Assembly (NCBI GenBank): GCA_000002435.2
Contig: CM018792.1
Direction: 5' to 3' (one strand)
Source of the DNA: Giardia intestinalis
Lineage: Eukaryota
DNA length: 64,000 nucleotides
A program made the translations under genes and the position numbers. Position 1 is the first letter of the stretch. Every line of letters begins with the position of its first letter. The notes under the pieces are model-generated. The model did no database searches and had not been told where the DNA came from. It was given only the letters and a program-made list of their open reading frames with translations. Positions 37,203-45,876 of this stretch are shown here, one piece after another.

Positions 37203-38288
37203 ATCCATTGATAATGGAGCCTGAAGCATACACGCCCCGCACCAGGCGATCATTGCCCCGTTATCGACACAATAGCTATCGTCCATCGCCCCCAATCGCC
37301 CATTTCTCTCTGCGGCCATAATTTGGAGCATCTCCTGAAGACGCAGGTTGCAGCCCACACCTCCTACGGCCAGAATGTCGGCTGCACCCACGTGAGCAGC
37401 AGCCCTTTCAGTTATTTCCACCAGAGATCCGAAGAGCGTCTCCTGGAGGCTATAGCAAATTAGCCGGGGATCGAGAGAGGTGTGTGTCTCTACATATGTT
37501 TTCAGATATGTCGAAATGCCACTACATGAGATGTCCATTCCCTTTATGGGAACAGGGATCGTTGTGATAATTGGTATATCGTAACTTGTATCTATACCTG
37601 CCTCGGGATGGTTAGCAGAATACAGCTCAAGTTGTTCTTTAAGAAGCTCCTTAGACCGTGGCAGTGTGGTGTATCGAGGCACAATATCCGGGTCTAGATG
37701 GACACAATCCTCCTCACGGAAAATAGCTGCCCACTCAGCTGCAAGCCGCTCGATATTGAGCCCGGGGGCAGGGGTGTTAGAAATCAGTAGGTATCGAGCA
37801 ATCCGGTCCAAGGCATTTCCTACTGCTATGTCTAGAGCCTCCCCGAAGACACGATATCGGCCTTGAGAGTAGGCTATGACCTGGGTGTTTCCTCCAGACG
37901 CGTATAGAACGACTGGATTGGGCAGCTGCGTGACCAAGCGGCCCATTTCTATATGGGCGACGCAGTGATTCACTGCAAGCAGCGGCACCTTCCAGAGCTG
38001 TGAAAGGGTACGCGCAACTACGGCTACTGCGGCCAACGGTGCCCCAAGACCCGGCCCGCGGGTGTATGCAATGTGAGTTATCTTATCGGAGGATATTTCT
38101 GCCTCCAAAAGGGCTCTTTCGATAAGGCCTATAATGTGCTGCCTGTGATGCGCCGCAACGTCGTTTGGTTGGAAGCCTTGCCCCGGCGGCGCGTTATATG
38201 TACTCCTTAGATTTGCATGCACAACACCCGAGGCGTCTACGATACCTACACCAAGCTTGTTTGCAGATCCCTCCAAGCCAAGGATCAT
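37098..38288 (-). CDS. KAE1: tRNA N6-adenosine threonylcarbamoyltransferase Kae1/OSGEP (KEOPS complex)
   Basis: ATG verified. MILGLEGSANKLGVGIVDASGVVHANLRSTYNAPPGQGFQPNDVAAHHRQHIIGLIERAL...AYTRGPGLGAPLAAVAVVARTLSQLWKVPLLAVNHCVAHIEMGRL is nearly colinear with human OSGEP (MPAVLGFEGSANKIGVGVV...NHCIGHIEMGRLI). It also has VLYASGGNTQVIAYS, LVEITERA, VGGVGCN and VTQRYRTD, with a ~50-aa insertion relative to the human protein. Confidence 0.9.
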   Translation of the reverse strand: MILGLEGSANKLGVGIVDASGVVHANLRSTYNAPPGQGFQPNDVAAHHRQHIIGLIERALLEAEISSDKITHIAYTRGPGLGAPLAAVAVVARTLSQLWKVPLLAVNHCVAHIEMGRLVTQLPNPVVLYASGGNTQVIAYSQGRYRVFGEALDIAVGNALDRIARYLLISNTPAPGLNIERLAAEWAAIFREEDCVHLDPDIVPRYTTLPRSKELLKEQLELYSANHPEAGIDTSYDIPIITTIPVPIKGMDISCSGISTYLKTYVETHTSLDPRLICYSLQETLFGSLVEITERAAAHVGAADILAVGGVGCNLRLQEMLQIMAAERNGRLGAMDDSYCVDNGAMIAWCGACMLQAPLSMDLLIPYTEVNCATVTQRYRTDSVDVPWHSKWPLTQ

Positions 38289-38366
38289 TCACTTTATCTG
38301 TCCAGGCAGTGTAGTGTATGGTAGGGTAAGCTAAAGATTTACAAGCACAGAGTACAGAGTGTATGG

Positions 38367-40238
38367 TTACTTGCGATATGTCCCTGTCAGGAGGCGGCGC
38401 ATCTCTTTGTCATGACGTTCCTTAAGCTCATTCATCTCATCTGTCGCCGCAAGACGCTCCCGCGTGAAGAGGGTTGTAAGACGACGCCGCTCTGTGGGGT
38501 CGTTAGTCCTTGCTAGCTCTGCGCGACGTTCCTCTTCCTTTGCTTGCTCATAGTTAATGCGCTGGAGAATCTCTGCATTGTGTTTTTGTCTTAATTGTAC
38601 AATATCATCCTGTGTAATCACAGGCCTGGGCCTGTCCAGCTTCGTTGTGTCATGCAGAGACTTGTGTAACGTTGCCAGAACGGCCTCTGCTTCCTCATTT
38701 GTCAAGGCATGGTCATCTGAGTTGGAGACAGCCGTTTTTTTGGTGGCCTTGCGTGCTGTCCCGTAGCTTCTGGCACGCTTGGGTTTCTCCTCATATTCCA
38801 TGGAGTTGCTGCGATTTCTGGCCGTTTGGGAATCGGAGATACCTGCCAAGTCCTCAACCTTGATATTAAGGTGGAGCATGAGGTCCTTTTGGCCCAACTT
38901 TTGTCTCTGGTGCTCTAAGGCGTTGTCCATTCGGGCTTCTAACTTAGTGAGGGCAACTCGCTTAGAGTATTCTGTTTGCTCCCACAACCTCTTTGCATTC
39001 TCGATTCTATCTTTGACGCGAAGCTTCTCTTCTTCAAGTTTGAGCTTTTCCTCCAACCGGCGAGCCTCGGCCTGTTCACGAGCTCGTTCTTCACGCTCCT
39101 TTTCGCGCTGCAACGCCTCAATGCGTTTCTTCTCTGCCAGTTCCCGCTGTTTAGCCAAGAGCTCTAGGCGAGCCTTTTCTTTCTCCTCCGCCAACTTGTG
39201 CTCTTCTTCCAATCGTAGGCGCTCCTCTTCCTTCCTCTTTGCTAGCCGCTCCTCGCCTTGCTGAAGCTTCAGAAGTGTGCTAGCGCGGCGCTCTGCATCG
39301 TCCTTAGCCCGCTGTCGGTTGACTTCATTGAGTTTTCGCTCCGCCTCTCGTTGCCGCTCCTCATTTTCACGGCGTTTCCGCTCACGCTCTTCTGCTAACT
39401 GTTGCATCCGCTCGGCCTCCTTCTGCTCCATCATGCGGCGACGATGCTCGGTGGCCTCCTCCATCTGCCGTTGGTATTCTCGGGCTCGTTGCTCCATCAT
39501 TCTGTTCTTTTCCTCTTGCTCCTGGTTGCGGCGGCGGGCCTCCTCTTCCAGCTGTTTTTTATGAGCTTCTTGGCGAGCTTGGATTTGCTCGCGCTTGGCA
39601 GCTTCCTTTGCCTCCATTTCTTTCCGCTCTTTCTCCTTCTTTTCCTTATAGCGACGTTTTTCTTCCTCTATACGCTGTTGTTTTTCTAGCTCAGCAATAC
39701 GCGCGATTTCGCGCTGCTCTTGCTGCTTTGCCATGGCCTTAAACTTCGCCTCCTCTGCCAGTTTGGCGCGCTCTTCCTTCTGTCTCATGCGTTCCTCCAT
39801 TTCTGCTTTGTGCTGTGCCTCCCTCGCTTGCCGTTTTTGCATTGCCTCGAGTGCTCTTACCTTAGATATGTAGGCAAGAGAAGACTTGTCTATTTCGCTA
39901 CTCATAACCTTTCCGCTGCAGGATAAGTCTTCATTAACTAACTTCTTGATTTCAGGCGGAGACCCCAAAAAGAGAAACTCCTCCCGCGATATGCCAAGCT
40001 CGCAAACTTTGTTGAATTCTGCCCTAACGTCCTCTAACAAACTCTGTCTTTTTTCTTCGTATTTTTTATAGTGCAAATCTGCAATAGCAGGCTCTGGATA
40101 GTCCCGCTGAAAGTTGCTATATGGTAGAGGCTTTATGTCTGAAAAGCGAATAGCACGCCGACGCATTGCAACTATTGATCGAGGAGATGTTATGCGTTTC
40201 TTTGTCTCATCGGTGAAATTTTGGAGGCTAATCCGCAT
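38367..40238 (-). CDS. highly charged E/R/K-rich coiled-coil protein (trichohyalin/plectin-homology-like)
   Basis: ATG verified (40238..40236). The central ~400 aa is almost purely E, R, K, A, Q and L (EERLRLEEEHKLAEEKEKARLELLAKQRELAEKKRIEALQREKEREERAREQAEARR...), a single charged helix or coiled coil. The mirror ORFs on the + strand (38779..39689) are artefacts. Confidence 0.65.
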   Translation of the reverse strand: MRISLQNFTDETKKRITSPRSIVAMRRRAIRFSDIKPLPYSNFQRDYPEPAIADLHYKKYEEKRQSLLEDVRAEFNKVCELGISREEFLFLGSPPEIKKLVNEDLSCSGKVMSSEIDKSSLAYISKVRALEAMQKRQAREAQHKAEMEERMRQKEERAKLAEEAKFKAMAKQQEQREIARIAELEKQQRIEEEKRRYKEKKEKERKEMEAKEAAKREQIQARQEAHKKQLEEEARRRNQEQEEKNRMMEQRAREYQRQMEEATEHRRRMMEQKEAERMQQLAEERERKRRENEERQREAERKLNEVNRQRAKDDAERRASTLLKLQQGEERLAKRKEEERLRLEEEHKLAEEKEKARLELLAKQRELAEKKRIEALQREKEREERAREQAEARRLEEKLKLEEEKLRVKDRIENAKRLWEQTEYSKRVALTKLEARMDNALEHQRQKLGQKDLMLHLNIKVEDLAGISDSQTARNRSNSMEYEEKPKRARSYGTARKATKKTAVSNSDDHALTNEEAEAVLATLHKSLHDTTKLDRPRPVITQDDIVQLRQKHNAEILQRINYEQAKEEERRAELARTNDPTERRRLTTLFTRERLAATDEMNELKERHDKEMRRLLTGTYRK

Positions 40239-40536
40239 GGCACAATGGCTTAGAATTTTGAATTTTTATTTACCTTTTTGCACTGTGCTACACCGAGCCC
40301 GAGGGCTAGGTATGTTGAGCGAGCTTTACAGAGTAGGGTGTACAAATACTCCAAGAGTGTGCAATAAATATTTGATATTTCGTCCAGCAAGCCTTTTAAG
40401 GAAGAATCTCATCCTTTTTTGCGAAAGATTCTACAAAAGGTTATCAATCATTCAAGTAAATGCTTTGCAGATTAATATAAAAGACTGCTCCATTAGTTGA
40501 TTGACCCAGGACAAAAAAGCTTTAAAGATAAAACCC

Positions 40537-43512
40537 ATGTTGCTACATTCGGGGTTTTGCGAAGTCTTTCATGATTTACGGAATAGAGATTACCAAACTG
40601 AGTACCAGAAAGTCTTACTAACCACGTACTGGGAGCTGGGACGAGCGCTTGGCCATGATTGCACACAGGGCATTTCTCTCGAACGGTTAATACCACCGAG
40701 CACGCAGGCCGGACGCAAATCTCGGTCGTCCACAACTATATCCATACTTGAGAAAAGGCAAGAAGCGATAATAGAGGCAGCTTTAAATAGAACATATAGT
40801 GATGGTCCCTTCCGGTTACGGCTCCCAACAGAAGTGGTTCAGCTCATTGTCATGGGTCAGCAGAGTAAGGCTGTGGTTGCGCGGATTACACTAAAAGATG
40901 GTGCTCTAGTACTTTCTATCGTTTTTAAACATACGACTAAGGCAAAGTCTAAGACAAGTGTTTCCACAGCCGGCTCAGAACCAGAAATTCCATTGGCAAG
41001 AGGCACTCGGTGGATTGAGAATAATGAACAGTTCAGCAAGACAGTCATTTGTGAGGCTGTCCGGTGTCACCTGAAGTCAGCATTTCGCAACATTTATAAC
41101 ACATGGTCTCCAACGATTACAGAGTACTTTATAAACCAGGAGCATCTACCGCAGATTATCTATGCATGCCGCAGTGCTCTTAAACGGTCAATGGCTGTGG
41201 ACGTGGATGAAAATATTGAAGACTATCACCAGCATGTTATTCGGGGCATAGCTCTGCGTAAAACTACGGCCATAAGGCTAGGTAGGTCACAGCACAATGA
41301 TAGCACCTTTAACTCCCTGGCTGTGCCGCTTGTTAGTTACTACATGAACTCCTGGTCTCCTAGCGAAAGTGACGCGCTGCTGCTTTCCGAGCGCTTCCTT
41401 GCAGAAAATTTGTCTGCGCGTAGCATAGAAGAACACATTAATAGCATACGACATATACTCAACGCCTATGTCAGGCTCAACACACTTTATGGCGAACGTG
41501 TCCAGTCAGCTCTCCCCACTTTGGATAATGATTCTGCCCAACTAGATGGTAAAGTCTCTGCGCACGAAGGTACAGATACGAAGGTTACGGGGATTTGTAG
41601 TATTGGACACCCTGCACATACATTCAAAACAGCAATGCTCCTGTTTGTACCCACGCCCATGCAAATCAAGATGATCTTCAGCACTGCAAGGGAAGTGCTC
41701 GACAGGCCAGACTCTGAGGTGCTGGATTTAGACGAGCTCTACACAGAATTCACAGATCAACCCTACAAGGTTCTTTCTAACGATACTTCCTTTCTGTTTG
41801 GTAAAGAGCATGCTATTGACGATTATTCCACCATTTATCCTGTGCGCACAGTGAGTCCATTCTTGCTGCGTGAACGGGGGTTTACAGAGCATAAGCGAGT
41901 AACCCCTTTGGCCAGTACGACCAAATCTTCCGTAAGCGTAACCGGAGAATCAGACAAAGGATCTTCACAGTCGCGGAAACCTGTTTCTATACCTGTTTAT
42001 CACGACCTTAGTATTTGCTATCTCCCAGTCAGAGCAGAAAATCAATCTGTTCATCGGCAGAATAAAGAATATGATATGTTCAGCGGAATTTTTCGGCACA
42101 CAGCCAGAAGCTATAGTGAGGTCGTTTCTATTATTAAGTCTCGAAAAAACCACTTAAAGGCGATACTCCAGGGCTCCGGTAACTCTGGCAGCTCTTCATC
42201 TGCAGCAATAGATCTGCAAAGCAAAAGCGTGGACTATGAAGGTAATCAGCCCCAAGCATACTCAGCCTCAACTGATAACGAAGCGCTGAATCACAAGCGG
42301 TACAGTCGGATGCCGTGTTCAAACTCTATGCACAACAGTACCTTTGTTAAATCTGCATCTAATAACATGACTGGAGCCATCTATTCTCTTAAGGGTTCCT
42401 CGTTGTCTGCTGATAACGCTTATAGACCCGAAAGAGTATCTGCCCATCATGAGCACTATTCTGAGCCGGGCCGGAAACAGCTATTTTCATACTCTTCGAG
42501 GTGCAACTCTCACTCTGACCACAACTTTGGATCTAGTACTAAGGATAACGTTGTTGTTAATCTCGATACACCATCTTCCAAAACGTTTAACTTTATACGC
42601 ATGCCGTTTGGAGGGTCAAAGACCGCCCAGGATAAGGTGGAGCAGCAAGCCAAGCAAAAGCGCGAGTTGGAACAAAAACTCTTAGAAGATGCTCTTGCTG
42701 AGCAAAAGGAGAGGCTGCTGTCAGAGCAGCAAGCCCATAAGGAGGACCAGAAGCGGCTACTCGAGCTCGAAAAGCAATTGAGCGAGCAAAGAGAGCTTAT
42801 GTTGCAGCGACAAGAAGTAGAAATTCAGGTTCAAAGCATAAGCACACCATTGCCCACCGATAGGTCTGAGTTAGAACGCCAGTGTAGCCACGGAGACACC
42901 GGACCCTCGCTGAATAACTGCTCCCACTCCAACTCCTGTGGCTCCGTTGAGGCTGTGCCACAAGAGCGCGTCCAGGACACCCAATACTACAAGTATATCG
43001 TGGAATCAGAGGCTATGCGTATTGACCAGCTTGGCCGACTAACTAGCTTAAAGGCGCATGCGAAGTTTTTAGAGTTCCACCAGGGGTCGTTTGGTCCTGA
43101 GAGGCTCTGCCTTCTCTCTGCCTCTGTGTATAGGGAGCTGGAAGCATATCCCTTTGCTGGAACCATGAAGGACATCATTTTCACCATGTGGATGGGCTAT
43201 GACATTTCGAAGAGCCTAATGGCACTTTTTTCCTCTGTGCGGGCATGTGCATTGGCCACCCCAACGATGTTTGAGGGGATTGAACGTAACACAATGAAAA
43301 ATGTAATTAAGGCACCCAACATGAATGTGATTAGTGAGCGGGATGAAAGGTCGAAGCAGGTTTGGTACGATCGAGACAAGGAGATACTAGAAACCATCTT
43401 GAACTTGTTGCACGTGGAAACAAAGCATTCGGTACTTGAGTTGATTAATTTTTGCTCAACCATGACTAGGCTTCTGAGCACGGTGAAGCAATCTCCATCC
43501 TCTAGCTCCTAA
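40537..43512 (+). CDS. large hypothetical protein (991 aa from first ATG) with internal coiled-coil segment
   Basis: Track start 40501 is TTG. First ATG at 40537 (MLLHSGF...). Coiled-coil QKRELEQKLLEDALAEQKERLLSEQQAHKEDQKRLLELEKQL near residue 720. Confidence 0.6.
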   Translation: MLLHSGFCEVFHDLRNRDYQTEYQKVLLTTYWELGRALGHDCTQGISLERLIPPSTQAGRKSRSSTTISILEKRQEAIIEAALNRTYSDGPFRLRLPTEVVQLIVMGQQSKAVVARITLKDGALVLSIVFKHTTKAKSKTSVSTAGSEPEIPLARGTRWIENNEQFSKTVICEAVRCHLKSAFRNIYNTWSPTITEYFINQEHLPQIIYACRSALKRSMAVDVDENIEDYHQHVIRGIALRKTTAIRLGRSQHNDSTFNSLAVPLVSYYMNSWSPSESDALLLSERFLAENLSARSIEEHINSIRHILNAYVRLNTLYGERVQSALPTLDNDSAQLDGKVSAHEGTDTKVTGICSIGHPAHTFKTAMLLFVPTPMQIKMIFSTAREVLDRPDSEVLDLDELYTEFTDQPYKVLSNDTSFLFGKEHAIDDYSTIYPVRTVSPFLLRERGFTEHKRVTPLASTTKSSVSVTGESDKGSSQSRKPVSIPVYHDLSICYLPVRAENQSVHRQNKEYDMFSGIFRHTARSYSEVVSIIKSRKNHLKAILQGSGNSGSSSSAAIDLQSKSVDYEGNQPQAYSASTDNEALNHKRYSRMPCSNSMHNSTFVKSASNNMTGAIYSLKGSSLSADNAYRPERVSAHHEHYSEPGRKQLFSYSSRCNSHSDHNFGSSTKDNVVVNLDTPSSKTFNFIRMPFGGSKTAQDKVEQQAKQKRELEQKLLEDALAEQKERLLSEQQAHKEDQKRLLELEKQLSEQRELMLQRQEVEIQVQSISTPLPTDRSELERQCSHGDTGPSLNNCSHSNSCGSVEAVPQERVQDTQYYKYIVESEAMRIDQLGRLTSLKAHAKFLEFHQGSFGPERLCLLSASVYRELEAYPFAGTMKDIIFTMWMGYDISKSLMALFSSVRACALATPTMFEGIERNTMKNVIKAPNMNVISERDERSKQVWYDRDKEILETILNLLHVETKHSVLELINFCSTMTRLLSTVKQSPSSSS

Positions 43513-43626
43513 CTGTTATCCGGGTGAGGACAGCCGCTCTGAACTTATACTATGTATTCAATCCGTCAACTTACCATTATCGGTGTTAGTAAACGGCAGG
43601 ATTCTACTAACTAAATTTCTTGAACA

Positions 43627-45189
43627 ATGGGGGTCGCTGCTCTCGTGCCAGGGCTAGAGGTATGGATGGAGGTCATCGTAGCCATTGTCTGCGCACTGTT
43701 CGCAATGCTGGCATCTGCAGGAGGTATTGGCGGCGGTGTAATTTTTGTCTCTATGCTGCAGCTTTTTGGGGTAAGTCCCCACGTTGCAGCACCACTCAGC
43801 AAAGCGATGATCTTTGGTGGGTCGTGTGTTCTCACGTGCATGAACATATTTCAGCACGAGGACAATGAGCCCACAAAACCGTCCATTATTTGGGACCTCG
43901 TCTTCATCATCGAACCAGCAGCCGTTTCTGGGGCCCTTATAGGAGCGTTGATTAATGTGGTATTACCAGAGTGGCTTTTGCTTGTTCTAGAAGTAGCATT
44001 TCTTCTATACACGACACAGAAAATGCTGAGGAGCAGTCTAGCTACTTTAAATAAGGAGAGAATAGCTGCTGGCAAGAGGCTCCTTTGTACAAGAAAGAGC
44101 AGGGCACCAGCACTATCCATTGACGAAAGAGGCTCCCCACATCAACCTTCTACATTCATTGAAGACCAATCCACAAGAAGTGGCAATACTACATCTAACG
44201 AGATACAGGCTTACTCTACAGAGTGCTCTACAGAGATAGCACCATTACTGGATCGTCAAGAACTGACTGTGAAAGCAGAGCCTCAGGTTCAGGCTACGAC
44301 TAAGAAAGGAAGAGGACGCCTGGGAAGTTGTGGAGTTGCCCATTTTAAATCCATATCAGCTGTCCGTATGATTATGTTCATCTTATCTACAGTCCTCATA
44401 ATGACCTGTCAAGTAATTTCACAAGAGTTTGAACGATGTTCCACAGGATACTGGATTGCGTTCGGAGTTTGTTTCAGTATTTCCATCATAACCATCATCA
44501 TCATTATACTCTCAATAAAACGCTCTCTTAGGATCTATAATCAGTTCATGTCTGCGTCTGAGCATGTCCACCACTTCCTGAACGAATCTAGTGATACCAT
44601 TTTCAATAGAACTGATCAAGCAGAGGAAGAAAGAGATCTCCAGCTTTCATCTATTGACCAAAGAGTCACTCCCGAAGATAAAGAGGCTCTTCACCTAGAA
44701 GCTATACGATGCTCCAAGCTTCTCATAGGCACAGACTCCTTGGGTGCCTTCCACAGTATCCTATTTTATGTGAAGCTTGTACTGGCCGGTCTATTTGCTG
44801 GCATTCTGGGTGCAATGTTGGGTATTGGTGGGGGCCTCTTGAAGAACCCTATTCTCATCTCCTTTGGAATAGACCCTGAGCGTGCTCGCACAGCATCTAC
44901 CGTTATGATAGCCTTCACATCTATGTCGTCCATGATTTCATATGTTGTTATCGGTGGGCTGCACTTTGAATATGCCTGGCCTCTGATGTTAACTGTAGGG
45001 GCCTTTTTCGTGAGTGGATACTATTTAAGCGAGCTTATAATTCGGTGCTTTAAGACTAAGTCGTTTATTCCATTTCTGATTACTGCCTTGATAGTAGTTT
45101 GTACATGTTTCATAGTGGCCAACATGATAATAGTGTTTATTGACATCGCTAAGACAGGGCATTTGCCCGGTTTTACCAGTCTTTGCTAG
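43627..45189 (+). CDS. TauE/SafE (TSUP)-family membrane permease-like protein with large central hydrophilic insert
   Basis: ATG verified. Two membrane halves each have the Gly-rich TSUP motif (LASAGGIGGGVIFVSML ... LGAMLGIGGGLLKNPILISFG). Multiple predicted TM helices flank a ~200-aa hydrophilic loop. Confidence 0.6.
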   Translation: MGVAALVPGLEVWMEVIVAIVCALFAMLASAGGIGGGVIFVSMLQLFGVSPHVAAPLSKAMIFGGSCVLTCMNIFQHEDNEPTKPSIIWDLVFIIEPAAVSGALIGALINVVLPEWLLLVLEVAFLLYTTQKMLRSSLATLNKERIAAGKRLLCTRKSRAPALSIDERGSPHQPSTFIEDQSTRSGNTTSNEIQAYSTECSTEIAPLLDRQELTVKAEPQVQATTKKGRGRLGSCGVAHFKSISAVRMIMFILSTVLIMTCQVISQEFERCSTGYWIAFGVCFSISIITIIIIILSIKRSLRIYNQFMSASEHVHHFLNESSDTIFNRTDQAEEERDLQLSSIDQRVTPEDKEALHLEAIRCSKLLIGTDSLGAFHSILFYVKLVLAGLFAGILGAMLGIGGGLLKNPILISFGIDPERARTASTVMIAFTSMSSMISYVVIGGLHFEYAWPLMLTVGAFFVSGYYLSELIIRCFKTKSFIPFLITALIVVCTCFIVANMIIVFIDIAKTGHLPGFTSLC

Positions 45190-45221
45190 TCACAAAAAAG
45201 TCTAGAGCATTTGCTCTACGT

Positions 45222-45776
45222 ATGACTTGCTGCAGGCCACGCAAAGATAGACCGGATAGCAATTGCACTAATGGAGCTATGAATTGTTCTGCAATCGCAG
45301 TAGCAGATACCCCCACTACAGCTAGAGCGGCTATGCATTGCGCGACCTCACCCTCACATGATCAGCAGCCAGTTGGAGATGTTTCTGGCGAGGAGATAGT
45401 CGTTACGCCTGCGCGAGTGCCGCAATTCAGAAGCTTTGGGCATCAAGACCAAAGTTCATCTTCCTCTATTAGCCTCCACGAGGGGGCTAAAAGCTTTCGG
45501 CTCGACTCCTGTGACTCTTGTAGGCATGTGAACCATCGCCGTCGCAAGCGGAAACACCGGAGGGATGAGGAAAATCATAAATCTACAACTATTGAAGATA
45601 TTGTTCAGTTATGTAAGAGCACATTTGACGCGGTGGAAAAACAGTCATCAGCAATGCTGTTAGAGGAAAAAAGAGTCTCGGAGGTCGCTGCCAATGATGG
45701 AAAAAGTGTGCACATACAAAGAAAACTTCTTAATGACCCGCTAACTCCAATATCATCATCTAGGCTAAATCCTTGA
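45222..45776 (+). CDS. hypothetical low-complexity protein
   Basis: Track start 45183 is TTG. First ATG at 45222. No domain; could be non-coding. Confidence 0.25.
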   Translation: MTCCRPRKDRPDSNCTNGAMNCSAIAVADTPTTARAAMHCATSPSHDQQPVGDVSGEEIVVTPARVPQFRSFGHQDQSSSSSISLHEGAKSFRLDSCDSCRHVNHRRRKRKHRRDEENHKSTTIEDIVQLCKSTFDAVEKQSSAMLLEEKRVSEVAANDGKSVHIQRKLLNDPLTPISSSRLNP

Positions 45777-45876
45777 TAAAATTCACCGGTCGTTGGCGCA
45801 CACCCTTGGCGTTTTCCTTAAGCTCTTTAATTACACTGTCTGAGGTTGTAAAGGCCTAAAACTTAAACTTAAGTAA

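Noticed and set aside
38557-40071. Several + strand ORFs (38557..38766, 38645..38863, 38779..39264, 39277..39564, 39402..39689, 39720..39926) antisense to the E/R/K-rich gene
   Set aside because: Mirror-strand artefacts of a purine-rich repetitive coding sequence. Their products are low-complexity S/R/C/F/L strings.
5992-45183. Start codons given by the ORF track for several genes (e.g. 5992, 6864, 8629, 10453, 14413, 15149, 22408, 23988, 31714, 40501, 45183)
   Set aside because: These begin at GTG or TTG in the sequence. I moved starts to the first in-frame ATG where the N-terminus made sense, and to a spliced ATG for the roadblock gene, rather than accept non-ATG initiation.
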